Virus record (IMG/VR): IMGVR_UViG_3300028591_000011
Coordinates: 32,001-96,000 of that record
Reading direction: 5' to 3' (one strand)
From: a virus
Taxonomy: Duplodnaviria; Caudoviricetes
Length of the DNA stretch: 64,000 nt
The notes below the pieces were generated by a model. That model worked only from the letters and a program-made list of their open reading frames with translations, had not been told where the DNA came from and did no database searches. Below are positions 1 to 12,670 of this stretch, piece after piece (within the stretch, counting starts at the first letter, position 1; every line of letters begins with the position of its first letter). Made by a program: the position numbers and the translations under genes.

Positions 1-420
1 AATATAATTGCTGTGTCTAATGGCAAAAAGTTATGTACCACAAACACATGTCATAAAGGTAAGACTACTTCTTATAAAATAGTTATAGAAGGCGCTCCTT
101 CAGATGTAAATTACGTTTTAGGAGAAGAACTTGTAATAAAAACAGAAAGCGGAATATATGTCCATATGCCCTATTCTCCAGCATTTAAACTGTAGAGTGG
201 ACAGACTAGAACTATATCTTTATACATGTCATCTGATGAAGAAGTGTTGTCTGTAAAACATATACTCGATAAGTATCCAAATGCTAAACTGAAATGGGAT
301 AATGGAAGTTCTTCTACATCAAAAACTATAAAACCTTCTGACTTCCTAAATACATATACATTAACTGTTAATGTAGGAACTGGCATTAAAGAAGAAGCCA
401 GTCTACCTACTGGAAAATAA
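1..420 (+). CDS. 5'-truncated virion-module protein (TAG=Gln); possibly the body of a ring-type protein
   Basis: ORF fragments 13..195 and 226..420 share frame 1 and are separated only by TAG at 193-195. The frame is open from the window edge and ends at TAA 418-420. Confidence 0.6.
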
Positions 421-428
421 TTCATATT

Positions 429-575
429 ATGAACTACGATTTTGGAAATACAGAATTTGAACTGTCTGACACAATGGCAGAAGAGCTTATACAACTAGCA
501 GTAGCAATGGCTTTAGAAAACGTGGAATCATCTAGATTGCAGTCTAAATTATCAACCTTACCCATTGAATCATGA
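429..575 (+). CDS. 48-aa peptide resembling the C-terminal helix of crAss ring proteins
   Basis: MNYDFGNTEFELSDTMAEELIQLAVAMALENVESSRLQSKLSTLPIES*. It resembles the C-termini of the next two genes (CELPMEVFEDIVSGAVDLY; FEDYIWLEIIKIAAQMYLENQSDQRY). Its TGA overlaps the next ATG (ATGA). Confidence 0.6.
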   Translation: MNYDFGNTEFELSDTMAEELIQLAVAMALENVESSRLQSKLSTLPIES

Positions 576-1291
576 CATTAGATGAGACAAGACAGCTTGG
601 TATAGAGTTTGAACGTAGGATACAGACTATGATACCTGAGACAGAAACTATCTCAAAGCTGGACACAGAAACTATATATTCGTACTTAAACTAGTATCAA
701 GATAAGTTTATACATGATATATATAGAGCTGTAGATAAGGTTCCTACATCAAATAGTTAGGTATATTTAGAAAATATATTACAACCTTTTATGTAGTCTA
801 CTGATTTGTAGATGTCAAAGGCATAGAATAAAGGCGGTCAATATATTATACCTTTACCTACTTAGTTTGGACTGTACATTGATAGTTATTCTAATGTCGC
901 CAGTTCATATAGGTTTAAAGGAGCTAATGGATACGGTAACGTACCTAATACCTGGAGTACAGCAAATGACGCAAATAAGGCCATTTAGAAGCCCTATGAC
1001 AGCATGAAAATACTTAGGAGTCCTATTGTATGGCTGACAGAAAATAACTCGTTAGGAGCGATTTATGACACTCATACAAAGCCTAATTATATACATATTA
1101 ATTACTACAGATTGCCTAAGTATATGAACCTTATGGAGTCTATACCATGCGAGCTTCCTATGGAGGTATTTGAAGATATTGTATCCGGTGCTGTAGATCT
1201 ATACGTACAATATGTAGCTGGCGCAGAAGCTAGAAAGAAGCAGCTTGCACAATAGGCTAAACAAAATAAAAAGAAGGAGGATGAAGAATGA
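572..1291 (+). CDS. Tail ring-type structural protein (TAG=Gln), 239 aa
   Basis: MTLDETRQLGIEFERRIQ...YSYLN(Q)YQDKF... continues in frame into ORF 1004..1255 and ends at TGA 1289-1291. Only TAG interruptions; ATGA overlaps at both ends. Confidence 0.75.
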
Positions 1292-1974
1292 GAGGAATAG
1301 ATATAATCGGAGGATTTGAACTAGAGATAAATAAGCTCGATGATTCATTACAAAAGCCTTCTACTGATGATTCTTTGTACTGGGTTAACTAGGCTATTGT
1401 GAAGTTTGCTAAAGATAGGTTTAATGGCAATCCTATAAAGAGAACATCTTACGAACAGAATGAGAAGCGTACTAGAGACTTAATCAATTTGCTTAGAGAA
1501 GACAAAACTTCAGAGTTTACAGTATCTTCACATGTTGATTATGATCAATACGAGTATCATTACCCTTCAGATATGATGTTTGTACTTAACGAAGATGTTG
1601 TTATATCCAATATGGAAGATCAGTATCCAATGGACACGTGTGTCTTTGAGTGTACTGCAGATAGTTTCATGTACAGGATTAATAATAAACTTACAGATTT
1701 CCATTATAGATTCCATAGAGCTCGCCCTTTAAGGATTAGAACTAAAAACGGTTTCAGACTTCTTACAGACAAGAAGTATAAAATAAACAGCTATACGTTG
1801 GGGTACCTTAAAGTCCCCGATGAAATAACATCAGAAGATCCGTATAAAGAATATACGGACTTTGAAGACTATATTTGGTTAGAGATAATAAAAATCGCTG
1901 CGTAGATGTACCTTGAAAATCAATCAGACCAGCGATATAAAACTTTAACACAAGAGGTTTTAACTCAAGAATAA
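1288..1974 (+). CDS. Tail ring-type structural protein (TAG=Gln), 228 aa
   Basis: MRGIDIIGGFELEINKLD...YWVN(Q)AIVKF...SYEQNEKRTRDL...YLKVP...IIKIAA(Q)MYLENQSDQRY. The motif pattern is typical of crAss ring proteins; ends at TAA 1972-1974. Confidence 0.8.
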
Positions 1975-2048
1975 TTTTAACGCGGAAACCCCAGCTAGTT
2001 AGGTCTAGACATAGAAATATAGGGGGAGTAGAAAAAATTAATTAATTT

Positions 2049-3128
2049 ATGGTAAATTATGTAAACACTGTACTGGTTAGTAATTTGTCAACCGGTGCTA
2101 TTATCAACGCCGCTCCTAGCAACACAGGAGCAATGAACACGGCTTCTACTGATGCTGGTAAGTTCATTATTATGAATTGTGATCCTGATGTAGCTTCTAC
2201 GAAGCTGTATGATGTTACTGATGCTAATGCAGGTGACATCAAGACTATTAAGGTTGGTATTGTTACAAAGAAGAATTGTGTTCTGCGTAAGCCGGATGGT
2301 TCTGCCGAGTATCGTCCTATCATTAAATGGTCAAATGAGATTAAGGCTGCTGACATCAAGAGCTTCAGCAAGCTCACTTATACCGCAGACACTGAGGATA
2401 CCGCTGTCATTGATTTGACTAGCATGACCGATGTCGTTGGTGGAAGCAATAGCGCAGAAGCTGGCAAGCGTATTATTGTACGTATTACGTATAAAGATAT
2501 GCCTCATCGTATGCGTAAGTGGACTGAGAGTTATGAGTATGTCACTAAGGCTGGTGATACGAAGGCTCTTATTGCTACCGGTATTGTCAATATGATTAAT
2601 AGAGAGTATAAGCGTGCGCGTGTGGTTGCTTCGGTTGTCGATAGCACTAAAATTCAGCTTGTTGCTCTTCCTTATGATGATGACGATAGCGCTGATTCGC
2701 TGAGCTGGGCTAATAAAGTTCGCTTCAACGTCAATATTTATTGGACTGATCCTTCTGCCGACGGTTGGGAATCTAAGAATAAGTACTTCCCTAAAGGTGC
2801 TACAATCACGAAGACTCCTGGTAAACAGTATCCTGCTTCAGCTAAGCTTGTTCGCGATCGCGAGAGCTGGGCTATGGGTTATCAGGGTATTCTGAACCGT
2901 GGTGAAGGTACTTGGCCGATCATTAAGCCTGACATGGAGACTCAGCTTGATAAGCACTATGACGCTATTACTCTCGAGTTTGAGAACATGTATCGTGCTG
3001 CCGATGATATTCAGCGTAAGACGAAGCAGACTCTTGAAGTTTATGGAGTCACTGGTTAGTTGTCTGATCTTGCCGATATTCTCGAAGCATTTGTCACTGG
3101 CGTAAATGCAGAGCCTACCGAAGGCTAA
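2049..3128 (+). CDS. Abundant virion protein, probably auxiliary capsid protein (TAG=Gln), 359 aa
   Basis: ORF 2049..3059 is extended through a single TAG (3057-3059) to TAA 3126-3128. Codon usage is strongly biased (GCT/ACT/AAG/CGT), as in highly expressed genes. Syntenic position follows the ring genes. Confidence 0.65.
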
Positions 3129-3147
3129 TTTTAATTGATATAAGCAT

Positions 3148-4227
3148 ATGATGAAAATAAGAATAGGAAACGACATTAATCTTACAGTAAACCTGCTCGG
3201 CAGTAAAAATATAGATGCTGTAAATCTGCAGTCTGTAAATGCATATCTCATAAATAAAACCAAATATGAAGATTTGCTTGACCAGCAGCATAGAGAACAG
3301 GCTTTGATGCAAGATGAAATGGATATCCGCAAGGCTCGCGTAAAGTATGTGAGCAGGTTTCCAGTCGAGCCCTATCCTATTGAGTTTCGTCCTACTCCAT
3401 ATGATCTTTGTTGTGGCGGGGTTCCTTGCTATCACGCAAGGCCCCTTCACTACATTCCTGTTTATCACGGATTTGGGGTGTACCCACATACGTTTGAATC
3501 TGGAATTTGGCACAAAGATGATATGGAAGACCTGTATGTAAAAGCAGGTTTTAAATATATGGATATGCAGAAAGAATATGATAGATGTAGATTCTTAGCT
3601 CCAGTAGAAGCTACTGATACTAAGAACCGCATCAAGGTGTTCTTCCCTGCAGAAGCCCAGTTATATACAGGGGTATACAAGCTTGTGATAGTAGCAAAGC
3701 TTTACGAGCCGGGATACTCAAAAAATAATCTTCGTACAGTGACTATGGACTACGAGGATGTATTCGAATTAGTTAGTAAATCAGAAGATGGTATGGATAC
3801 AAGTGTTTATTTGACAATAGGCAATACCAAACAGGCTACTGGAGTTGTTGTTAGCGGAAGTACAATGCTGAAAAAGAATGCAGATGGACAGCTTACGGCT
3901 ACTGTTCTCCCGTATGACATAGACGATTCTTCTGTAACTTGGAGTATTGTTAGTGGAAATAGTATTCTGATTGCGTTTACCGAATCGTCCAAATGCCAAT
4001 TGCGTTCAGGAGAAACTACTGGAAGCACAGTTATACGCGCTACGTCTGTAAAAACTCCTGAGGTGTATACAGATGTTACTGTCCAGGTAGTTGAAGGAGA
4101 TGTACAGGATATTTACGTAGATAAGGCGTCCACTCTTAGATCTGGTAAGATTACTCTCGGTCGCACCGAAGGCGGTACCGTGGATCTTGACCTCAGTAAC
4201 GAAACTGAATGGTATATTGGGAATTGA
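3148..4227 (+). CDS. Virion protein with C-terminal Ig-like (Big_2-type) domain
   Basis: Intact 359-aa ORF. C-terminal QLTATVLPYDIDDSSVTWS...GSTVIRATSVKTPEVYTDVTVQV is an Ig-like group 2 signature. Confidence 0.7.
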   Translation: MMKIRIGNDINLTVNLLGSKNIDAVNLQSVNAYLINKTKYEDLLDQQHREQALMQDEMDIRKARVKYVSRFPVEPYPIEFRPTPYDLCCGGVPCYHARPLHYIPVYHGFGVYPHTFESGIWHKDDMEDLYVKAGFKYMDMQKEYDRCRFLAPVEATDTKNRIKVFFPAEAQLYTGVYKLVIVAKLYEPGYSKNNLRTVTMDYEDVFELVSKSEDGMDTSVYLTIGNTKQATGVVVSGSTMLKKNADGQLTATVLPYDIDDSSVTWSIVSGNSILIAFTESSKCQLRSGETTGSTVIRATSVKTPEVYTDVTVQVVEGDVQDIYVDKASTLRSGKITLGRTEGGTVDLDLSNETEWYIGN

Positions 4228-4228
4228 T

Positions 4229-4480
4229 ATGAAACAGTGGAAAGACGTAGTGCAGTATTCTACTGCAGTTGTATCACTTGTTAGTGGTATTGTGTTGACG
4301 TGCTTTCAGTACTTTGATTCAGGCGATATTACAAATGGAATGCTCGGCTATGTGGCTCAGACGTTAATCTATGCGGCTAGCATCTTCGGAGTCACGATGT
4401 ATTGGAACGGGAAATATAGCGAATTAAAACAATTAGTACAGAATAATGAAAAAAATGCTAACGTGGTTAGCAATTCATAA
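4229..4480 (+). CDS. Putative holin (2 TM helices), 83 aa
   Basis: ATG at 4229. Two hydrophobic segments (YSTAVVSLVSGIVLTCFQYF; MLGYVAQTLIYAASIFGVTMYW) and a polar C-tail. Confidence 0.6.
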   Translation: MKQWKDVVQYSTAVVSLVSGIVLTCFQYFDSGDITNGMLGYVAQTLIYAASIFGVTMYWNGKYSELKQLVQNNEKNANVVSNS

Positions 4481-5102
4481 AAATAAGCTCGTAAAGGCCA
4501 TTTGCGGCCTCTCTGTTGGGCTTTTATTGGCTTGGGGTATAAATACAAGCATACAGAATAAAAAGCTGTCAGAAAGCCTAGAAATGGCTTAGAATAACAT
4601 TGAGGCCTATTAGGGTTCCTTAAAGGAATCTTAGTAGGCCAATAATGTTTTAAGGGTGTCATTAGATGAATTGCAAGACCAAAATGATATACTCTTATAT
4701 AGAGTAGATAGTGTTATGAAATAGCATAACATTAAACCAAAACACGTGTATTCTGCTGCAACTCAAACGCAGATGATAGACGTTAGTAATGGTAAGGGGG
4801 TAGGGGGTGATTTAACAGAAATCTTAAAAGACACTGTATACAGTGATACTCTAAAGTATAATGATCTTACCACAATATATTATACTATAGGTAGAGATAC
4901 AGTAAGTATGGATTTAGATATAAAAAACACTCAATACTTGTACCTTTATACAGATAGACAATATAAAAATAAAAAGAGTTTTATAAAAAGACTCTTTACG
5001 TTAGATTTTAAAAAGATCAATAAATATAAATATATATTAGTAAATACTAATGATCTTTTAAAGACTGACGATGTAAGAATAATAGAGATAATAAAGAAGT
5101 AA
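4446..5102 (+). CDS. N-terminally membrane-anchored coiled-coil protein, spanin-like lysis accessory (TAG=Gln), 218 aa
   Basis: MKKMLTWLAIHKNKLVKAICGLSVGLLLAWGIN... followed by a coiled coil with five TAG codons, in frame with ORF 4746..5102. Overlaps the putative holin. Confidence 0.55.
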
Positions 5103-5103
5103 T

Positions 5104-5835
5104 ATGGCAAAGATTTCTTTAAAAACACTTACCGATGATATACTTCTTCTTGTCAGGAATAATAATATAAGCGAAAGCGAAGACTTCTCTAGAGCATAGA
5201 TACACAGCTGGATAAAGACGTACAAAAATCTTATATGGAAAGAAGAGCGTGATAAAAGAAAGCTCCTAGCTAAGTAGTACGGATTTGATGTTGAAAACAT
5301 TGGCGACGATGAATTCTTAAAGAAGGTAGAGATAGGGCCATTGGAACTAGAGAAAGTAGAATCAAAGACAGATAGACCTACATTTACCAAACGTACGATA
5401 GAGGAGATTCCAGATGTGATGGATAATGACGGTAGCAGTATTCTTTCTATCCACGATCAAGAAGGTGAGAATATACAGTATATGGATCATATGAGGCGTC
5501 ATTACAATTACTGGAGAAAGTATACATTTGGAGAAATGACAGGGTTCTACTCTGATGATAGGCATATATACATACAAGGTACAGCTGATGCAGATTAGCT
5601 TAAGTATATATATGTTTTATACCTGAAAGAAGTTAAAGATGATACTGATGATGGTGAGTCGGATGATAGTAAGGATGAAGACGATATAAAAATACCGGCA
5701 TGGTTAGTACCTTCTATAAAAGAAAGAATAATGAAAAACGAACTTGCTTTCATGCTGAATAGACCGTCAGACGATAGTAATAATGCCACGTTGGCCAGCG
5801 TAAAACCACACGGGCCGCAAGATGATGAGGAATAA
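5104..5835 (+). CDS. Tail ring-type structural protein (TAG=Gln), 243 aa
   Basis: MAKISLKTLTDDILLLVRNNNISESEDFSRA(Q)IHSWIK...IPAWLVPSIKERIMKNEL...PSDDSNNA. Frame 1 throughout with only TAG breaks; TAA at 5833-5835. Confidence 0.7.
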
Positions 5836-6268
5836 GCAATCCGTAACATTCAGGGATATGTATCGTACAATGCCCGTAGAGGTCGATTACAGGCTCTACA
5901 AGCGCGTTTTAGATGAAATGTGTAAAATTATACTAGATCACGTTTTAATGCGCTCAGAGGGCTTTAAAATGCCTTACGGGCTAGGTTTTATATAGATAGG
6001 TAAATATAGACCAAAGAATTTAAACGACCAGTCTTTATCTGTAGATTATAAAAGCAGTAAAGAATATAACAAACGAATATTTCACTTGAACGAACACTCT
6101 GATGGTTATAAATACAGGCTGTACTGGTCAAAAATACCTCGCACATTCCCAGACAGATACAAGTATTAGTTGCAGCTAGTGAGACAAAACAAACGTAAGC
6201 TAGCGCAACTAATTTTTAATAAACAAGATTATATAGATATAAATGATATACAATTATACAAAGTGTGA
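5825..6268 (+). CDS. IHF/HU-like protein of the crAss tail module (TAG=Gln), 147 aa
   Basis: ...GFKMPYGLGFI(Q)IGKY...VDYKSSKEYNKRIFHLNEHSDGYKYRLYWSK... matches the crAss IHF-like family pattern. It is absent from the ORF track because of TAGs. Confidence 0.7.
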
Positions 6269-7121
6269 ATCAGTCATAGCAAAGATCATGGCTGATTTAG
6301 ATTCCTCTGAAGTAAAGTAGCGCATAAGCGACATCAGAGAATGGATTTTTGAAGCCGTTGACAAGATTGGTGCTCCTATGTAGTATATCAGTAAAGAATC
6401 CGGCGTAGAAGGCAATCCGATACTTTAGATATAGGACCGTCAAGTTCCAATGCCTTCAGACCTAGTAGTTTTGGACGGTGTTGCTTTTTCATTGACACCA
6501 GAAGGTCCGTGGGTACCTATGAGCACTACTACTGGAATATTCCACGATACAAAAAGACATCATAATCACCCGCACCACCACCCAGAAGCTCCGATGATGT
6601 ATAAATGGCCTACTACACAATCGTAGTTTTATACAATAAATAATATAAAATACATCAACAGGATGTTCGGAAACGGTAAACTTGAAAAACCAGAATATTT
6701 TATAAAACCTGGGTGGATTGTAACAAATCAAAAGAAAGGTTTTATAAAGCTTGCATATAAAGCAATTGCTGTAGATGAAAGAGGATACCCGTTGATACCA
6801 GACCTTACATCATACTAGGAAGCTATATACTGGTATGTAGTAATGAAGCTTACATTCCCTAAGTTCATGTCTGGAAAACTGGGTGGCAATTCTAAATTTT
6901 CACAGAAGTATGCAGCTCAGTCTTACTTCTATACACAACAGCAATGGAATTTTTACAGGAATCAAGCATACGCAGAAGCCATGATGCCTACTGCAGATGA
7001 TATGCAAAATATAAAGAATGATTGGAATAAGCTTATCCCAGACTGGGATGGAGACGATACGTTCTTTAAGAATATAGGAAAAGAAGAAATAACGTATAAC
7101 GATTATAGATATGGGTACTAA
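6243..7121 (+). CDS. Tail tubular / ring protein 1 (P22 gp4-like; TAG=Gln), 292 aa
   Basis: MIYNYTKCESVIAKIMADL...IREWIFEAVDKIG...YKAIAVDERGYPLIPD...EAIYWYV...QQWNFYRNQAYAEAMMP; in frame with ORF 6843..7121. Confidence 0.75.
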
Positions 7122-10100
7122 TGAAAACTTATAGCAGGTAAACACATTCATCAAAGGCATGAACACTGATGTATCTGACATGATGTTGGATTCACAGGCG
7201 TATCGTTATGCGGAAAATTTAAGACTTGTTACAGATTCTAATAGTAACAGTGGAGAGCTTCGAATGATAGAAGGTTTGAAGAATATCCATACTTTTGCCG
7301 ATGGTTATACTCCTGCTTACTTAGATTTTGTTAGAGGTTATCATGTAGCAATATTATACAAAGGGGGTTCGTGGAGAATACAAAGATCTACAGATCAAAC
7401 AAACTGGAAGACTATCTTTGGAGATTGTACAGAAAAGATATGGAATGGAAACAATACACCTCATATATCTGCTGTACTGAATTACGAATCTGATAGCAAT
7501 ATAAAACTTTACTTTGTAGACGATACCGGTAAACATGGTATAATGTCTATAAATATAACCAAAGAGAATCAAGGAAACAATATAAAAACTCTTATCGGGA
7601 ATATAGGAAGAGTACCAGAACCTGCTACTATAAAAGTGTCTACTAAGAATGGGTCCTTAGATTCTCCAAGAGTATAGTATGCATATAGATTATACAACGA
7701 ATTTGGGTCTGCTAGTAATGTATCAATACTAAGCAAATTATTGTCTGTGTTTAAGACTGGCGGAGAAGGTTTTGGTAAGATTAGATCTACTAACAGAGCT
7801 GTAGATATATCTATAAATCATACTATGTCATTCTACAATAAGATAGAGATATATCGCATAGCGTATTATGATTCTGGACAGAAGCCTAGAATATTCTTAA
7901 TAAGAGATATAGACTTTACCGGTAACATTACAATAACAGATATAGGCGAGAACATACACGAAATATCTGTAGAAGAGTTTCTAGCGTTAGACAACACTGA
8001 GATAAACCCTAAGATAATAGAAAACAAGAACAATTATTTGTTTGCTGCAAACCTGTCATATGCTAGAGATCTAGTAGATGAAAAATTCAAAGATTGGGAT
8101 GCTACATCTTGGACTTCTGGATAGACTGTGAAAAAAGATGTATATAATCATAAACAATTTACAGACGGGTATACAGAATACAATGTGAATTGGTGGCGTC
8201 CAAGCGCAGGTAGTAATAAGATCGGTGGTACTGGAAAATACATAGATTGGGAGCTCGTAAAAATAGACAATAAGATATCTAGAATAAAAGATGAAGCGAA
8301 CAAAGATACGTATCATGGATTTAAGCATGATGAGACTTATAGGTTTGGTATAATTCTATATGATGAAGATAAAAGAGCTTCTTCTGTAAAATGGATTGCA
8401 GATATACGTATACCACCAGTTGATCCCGTAGAAGATATAGTTATAGCTAATCATAATACGTGTACATATAAAACGTATGCAGTAAAATTTAATATAAAGA
8501 AGTTACCTGAAGGATGTTCTGGATATGAAATAGTAAGATGCGAAAGAAAAATCGCTGATAAACATACTGTGTTTTAGGGTATTGTTGGTTGTGCAATGGA
8601 TTAGTATACTACAGATGTAACCAACCCGCTTCCTTACTCATTGTTGCATATATTTGGTTTAACTAGTACTACTCAAGCAATAAAAGAGTAGTTTATATAT
8701 CCGTCCGGATTATTTACATTACAGTCAATATTTGCTACGCAAAAAAGTTCTAACGAGGGTAATTATACTAATGAAAAATGGACTACAGCTAATTCTTCTA
8801 ATAAGTATTTATAGTTTGCATGTCCTGAATATTGTTATTTACCTGACGCATCTAAAGATGTGCTAGATACATATAAGTATAATGTAAGATTAGAGTTGTC
8901 ACATACGTTCGATACTTATTAGGAGCCGTATCCTGGTACTGGGTATTGGTACGAAGGTGAAGAGTTGCGTATGTTTACGCACGATAGATCTAAACCTCTG
9001 CCGTATACATGGAATGTTACAGATCACGATACATATAGTGGTACACATGAAGGTATGTATATATACGTAGATCCAGAATTAATGTATAGTAATATACATA
9101 CAAAAGGATATATACAACCTGACTTAGATCAAACCGGTATTAAACCTAATGGTGGGTCTAACGTATATTGTAATTATGGCGTACCTAAACAAATAACAAA
9201 CAACCCACAAAAGCCGTATTATCCTTTTACGAAAAAGGTATCGTTTACTGATATAACAGATATAGCATATTGTACGTCACCAAGATGGGATGAGTTTGCT
9301 AAAGAACGAAAGTATACATATAGGGACACTCCTACTGTAGTAGGTGGAAAATAGTTTATAAACTGGAGTACTCCTCTCATAAACGACAAAGATCTTGATG
9401 GTATGACCAAAGGCTTTGTAGGTTATAACGATGATGGTAATTCTCTAAATTGGGGTGTTCCAACTAATGCTGACCCAAACAGAATGTATTATCCTATAGG
9501 GGCTGGAGGTAGTTGTATACTGTTCGAAATGAAAGATAGAGAACAATATCAATATACTACAGATAAGAACTTAGCACCTATATCTATAGCAAACTTAGTT
9601 AAAGATTGTGTACCGTATGGAGGTCATACTAAAGATGCTATCGAAGCAAGTGTATACTATTCTTATGGGGACTATAAAAACACTATCGGAACAATAGAAG
9701 TTAAATCTGGAGACTGTTATCCTGGTATATTCGTATATAATGCTGCGCACCTATGGAACGATGCTTTATTTATATGTGCATGTAAGATGTCTACAATATA
9801 TGCAGTACCTATAGAAGCTGATATAGATTTAAACGCTTAGAGTGGATATCAATACCATTCTGATAGAGATCTTGACTTCTGTATACAAGATGAGGCTGCA
9901 TCTGTATCTGGATTTAACTATGTACAGGAGCTTGGTTCATACATATATAACAACGTATATCATGTACAGCCTACTGTGAAATCATTCACATACGAAAAGC
10001 TGGTAGATAGTAACTACGATACTAGAGTGCATAACTCAGACGTAAAGAGTAAGAATGAGACTATAGACAACTGGCTTAGGTATCAACCTATAAATTATAT

Positions 10101-11019
10101 AGATTGTGATTCTAAATACGGTTAGATAACCCAAATAGATAACTACAAAGATACACTTTTATTCTGGCAGGATAAGGCTACTGGTATAATAAGTTCTAAT
10201 GAGCGTAATATTATACAAAATACAGACGGTGTAAACCTTATACTTGGCAACGGCGATGTGCTGCAAAGATACGATTATATCACTACTATATACGGAATGA
10301 AGTATGGGTAGTTTGCTAATGCCCAATCTGATAATTCAGAATACTGGTGGGATAGTGTAAACAAGGAGATTTTACAGTATACTAAAGGTAGTTTTCCAAC
10401 TCCAATATCTACTACAAAGGGGGTTAAAACTTACGTGCAATACAATAATGAGAGTTAGAAACCTCATGTGATGTACGACAATAAATATAAAGAAGTTGTA
10501 TTTAACGTTGTTAACGATAATAGTATATCGTACACAGAACAACTTCAGGCTTTCCAGTCTGTATATACATATCCAGTAAACTTTAGTACTCATACGGACA
10601 ATAATGATTTAGTCGTTATAGATAAATAGCTGTTCATAAATGATACTAATGCTGAAGTCGGAAAAGCGGTAGGAATAACACAGCTGTTACCAAAACTCAA
10701 GTATGTAGTAAACAAGAGTACTACAATGAATAAAGTATTCGATATACAAACGTTTGGTGGCAGGTTGTATGGAGGTGATAATTTGAAGAGTTTGATATTG
10801 AAATATGATACGCCACTCAAACAACACGGAGAGACTAAAGGAAGCAATATAACAAATATCGAATACGATTTTAGAGTTGCTGTACCCAGACATAACAACT
10901 CTGAGTATGGAGACAGGCTTAGAGGTAAAACAATGCAATGTGAATTGAGTTCTACAAATAACTCCACTGATTTCTCATTGCAGTATATAATTACAAAATA
11001 TAGAATATCATGGAGTTAA
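7111..11019 (+). CDS. Muzzle / tail stabilisation protein (P22 gp10-like; TAG=Gln), ~1302 aa
   Basis: Six frame-1 fragments join via TAG. Family-type motifs: NTFIKGMNTD, YRYAENLRL, NYLFAANL, ETYRFGIILYD...WIADIRIP, GDCYPG, RLRGK. Confidence 0.8.
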
Positions 11020-12668
11020 GAGATAGAAAGTTTATATAGAACAACAAAAAGGAGCTCGCAGAATTTGTAAACGGAACACCTCCTTATATGCAATGGAGAC
11101 GTTCTGAACAGTTTACACCGAACGGTGTTGTTGGAGATATTATAAAAGATAACGACACTTATTTGGATTTGCAACCACTAGACGGAATTTCCGTAAGCGG
11201 ATCGTCTGCAGATGGACCTAATATTCCAGACACTTTACCAGATATTAGAACCGAAGAGAAAGATAAAAAGTCTATTGGAAAGAAAGAAAAGTCTGATATT
11301 TCTCCAAATATAGGTTCTGCTATTGCTGGTGGTATTGGCGCTATAGGTAATATTTATAATAACTATGCTTCTAGTCTAAGAAGTATAGATGACTATCTAA
11401 AAGGTGGATATAAAAATGGAAAGCTGCCTAGATATGCTAATGGCGTATATGGACCAGATATGTCAAAAGTAAACAAAGAAATAGAAGGTAACACGTTAAA
11501 TTCTACACTTAGCGGAGTTGCCAGTGGAGCTAGTGCTGGAGCAGTATTAGGACCTTGGGGTGCAGCTATAGGTGGTGTAGTAGGTGGAATAGGTGGAGCC
11601 GTATCTGGTATAATAAGTGGAAATAAGAACAAACAAGCAGCCCTTGATGCTAGAGCTATGGCTGGTAGCATAAATAACTACGACAGAAACGTTGACTTAT
11701 CTAACTATTTGAACGAATAGTATTTACTTGAAAATGGTAATACCAAGTCGCAGAGTTTTGCACATGGAAAGCCGGTGTATAACGGCTGGGGTATGACAAA
11801 TATGTTACCTGCTACTGGATAGGTATCTAGTGGAGAAACGTTAGTAGAACCAGACGGATCTTCTTATGTTATTCCAGGCAAACCCGACTTTAAAGATGGA
11901 AAACGTGCATATGTCGGACGTGAAACAGCGGTATTGTCTAATCATGGAGCATCGTAGTATTATCAGTTAACAGGAGATTTAGACGGGGCATTAGATCTCG
12001 ACAAACAGCATAGGTATTCTAAAGGTTTGAATTATAAAAACGGAAAATTACCTAGATTTAAAGAAGGATGGTGGAGAGCATTTGTTCCAAATGCTTTAAG
12101 TGGTATAGCAAGCATAGGGCAAATGATATAGGCAGGCAGCCAAACTCCTTACAGAACTAATACGTACGAGCCAAATAGGTTGGCTAATCGCGCATTAAGT
12201 ACGCTTGCAGGTCTTAGAGTCAATCCTTATAATATTTATCCGACTATATGGGATGCATACGGACGTGCTACATCATCTATAGATAGATCTGGAGGACTTA
12301 GCTCTGGATAGAGAGCCGCTGCTAAAATAGCCGCAATGTCTCAGACTCAAGGTAATATTGCTAATATGCTTACACAACATCAAGTTCAGAATAACGCATA
12401 TAAAGCAAATTGGGCGCAGCAAGCATTGTCTGCAGGGGCACACGATGCACAGAATAGAATGGCTGCTAACCAATTTGATGAGAATTATTTCGCTAAATCT
12501 CATGCATCTAGACAGCAAGGCTTACAAATGGGTCTTTACAATCTTATTAATTCTGTACAGAACTATTATGCTAACGACTTTAAACGTAGACAGTTTAATG
12601 ATACTATGGATTTGTATAGAAGTCAAAACTAGTTGGATTGGAATAAATATTATAAATCGTTAGGTTGA
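11010..12668 (+). CDS. Virion cargo/ejection protein with Gly-zipper TM segments (TAG=Gln), 552 aa
   Basis: Frame 3 is open apart from TAG. Contains GASAGAVLGPWGAAIGGVVGGIGG and a duplicated YKNGKLPR[YF]xxG motif; lies after the muzzle gene. Confidence 0.7.
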
Positions 12669-12670
12669 TT

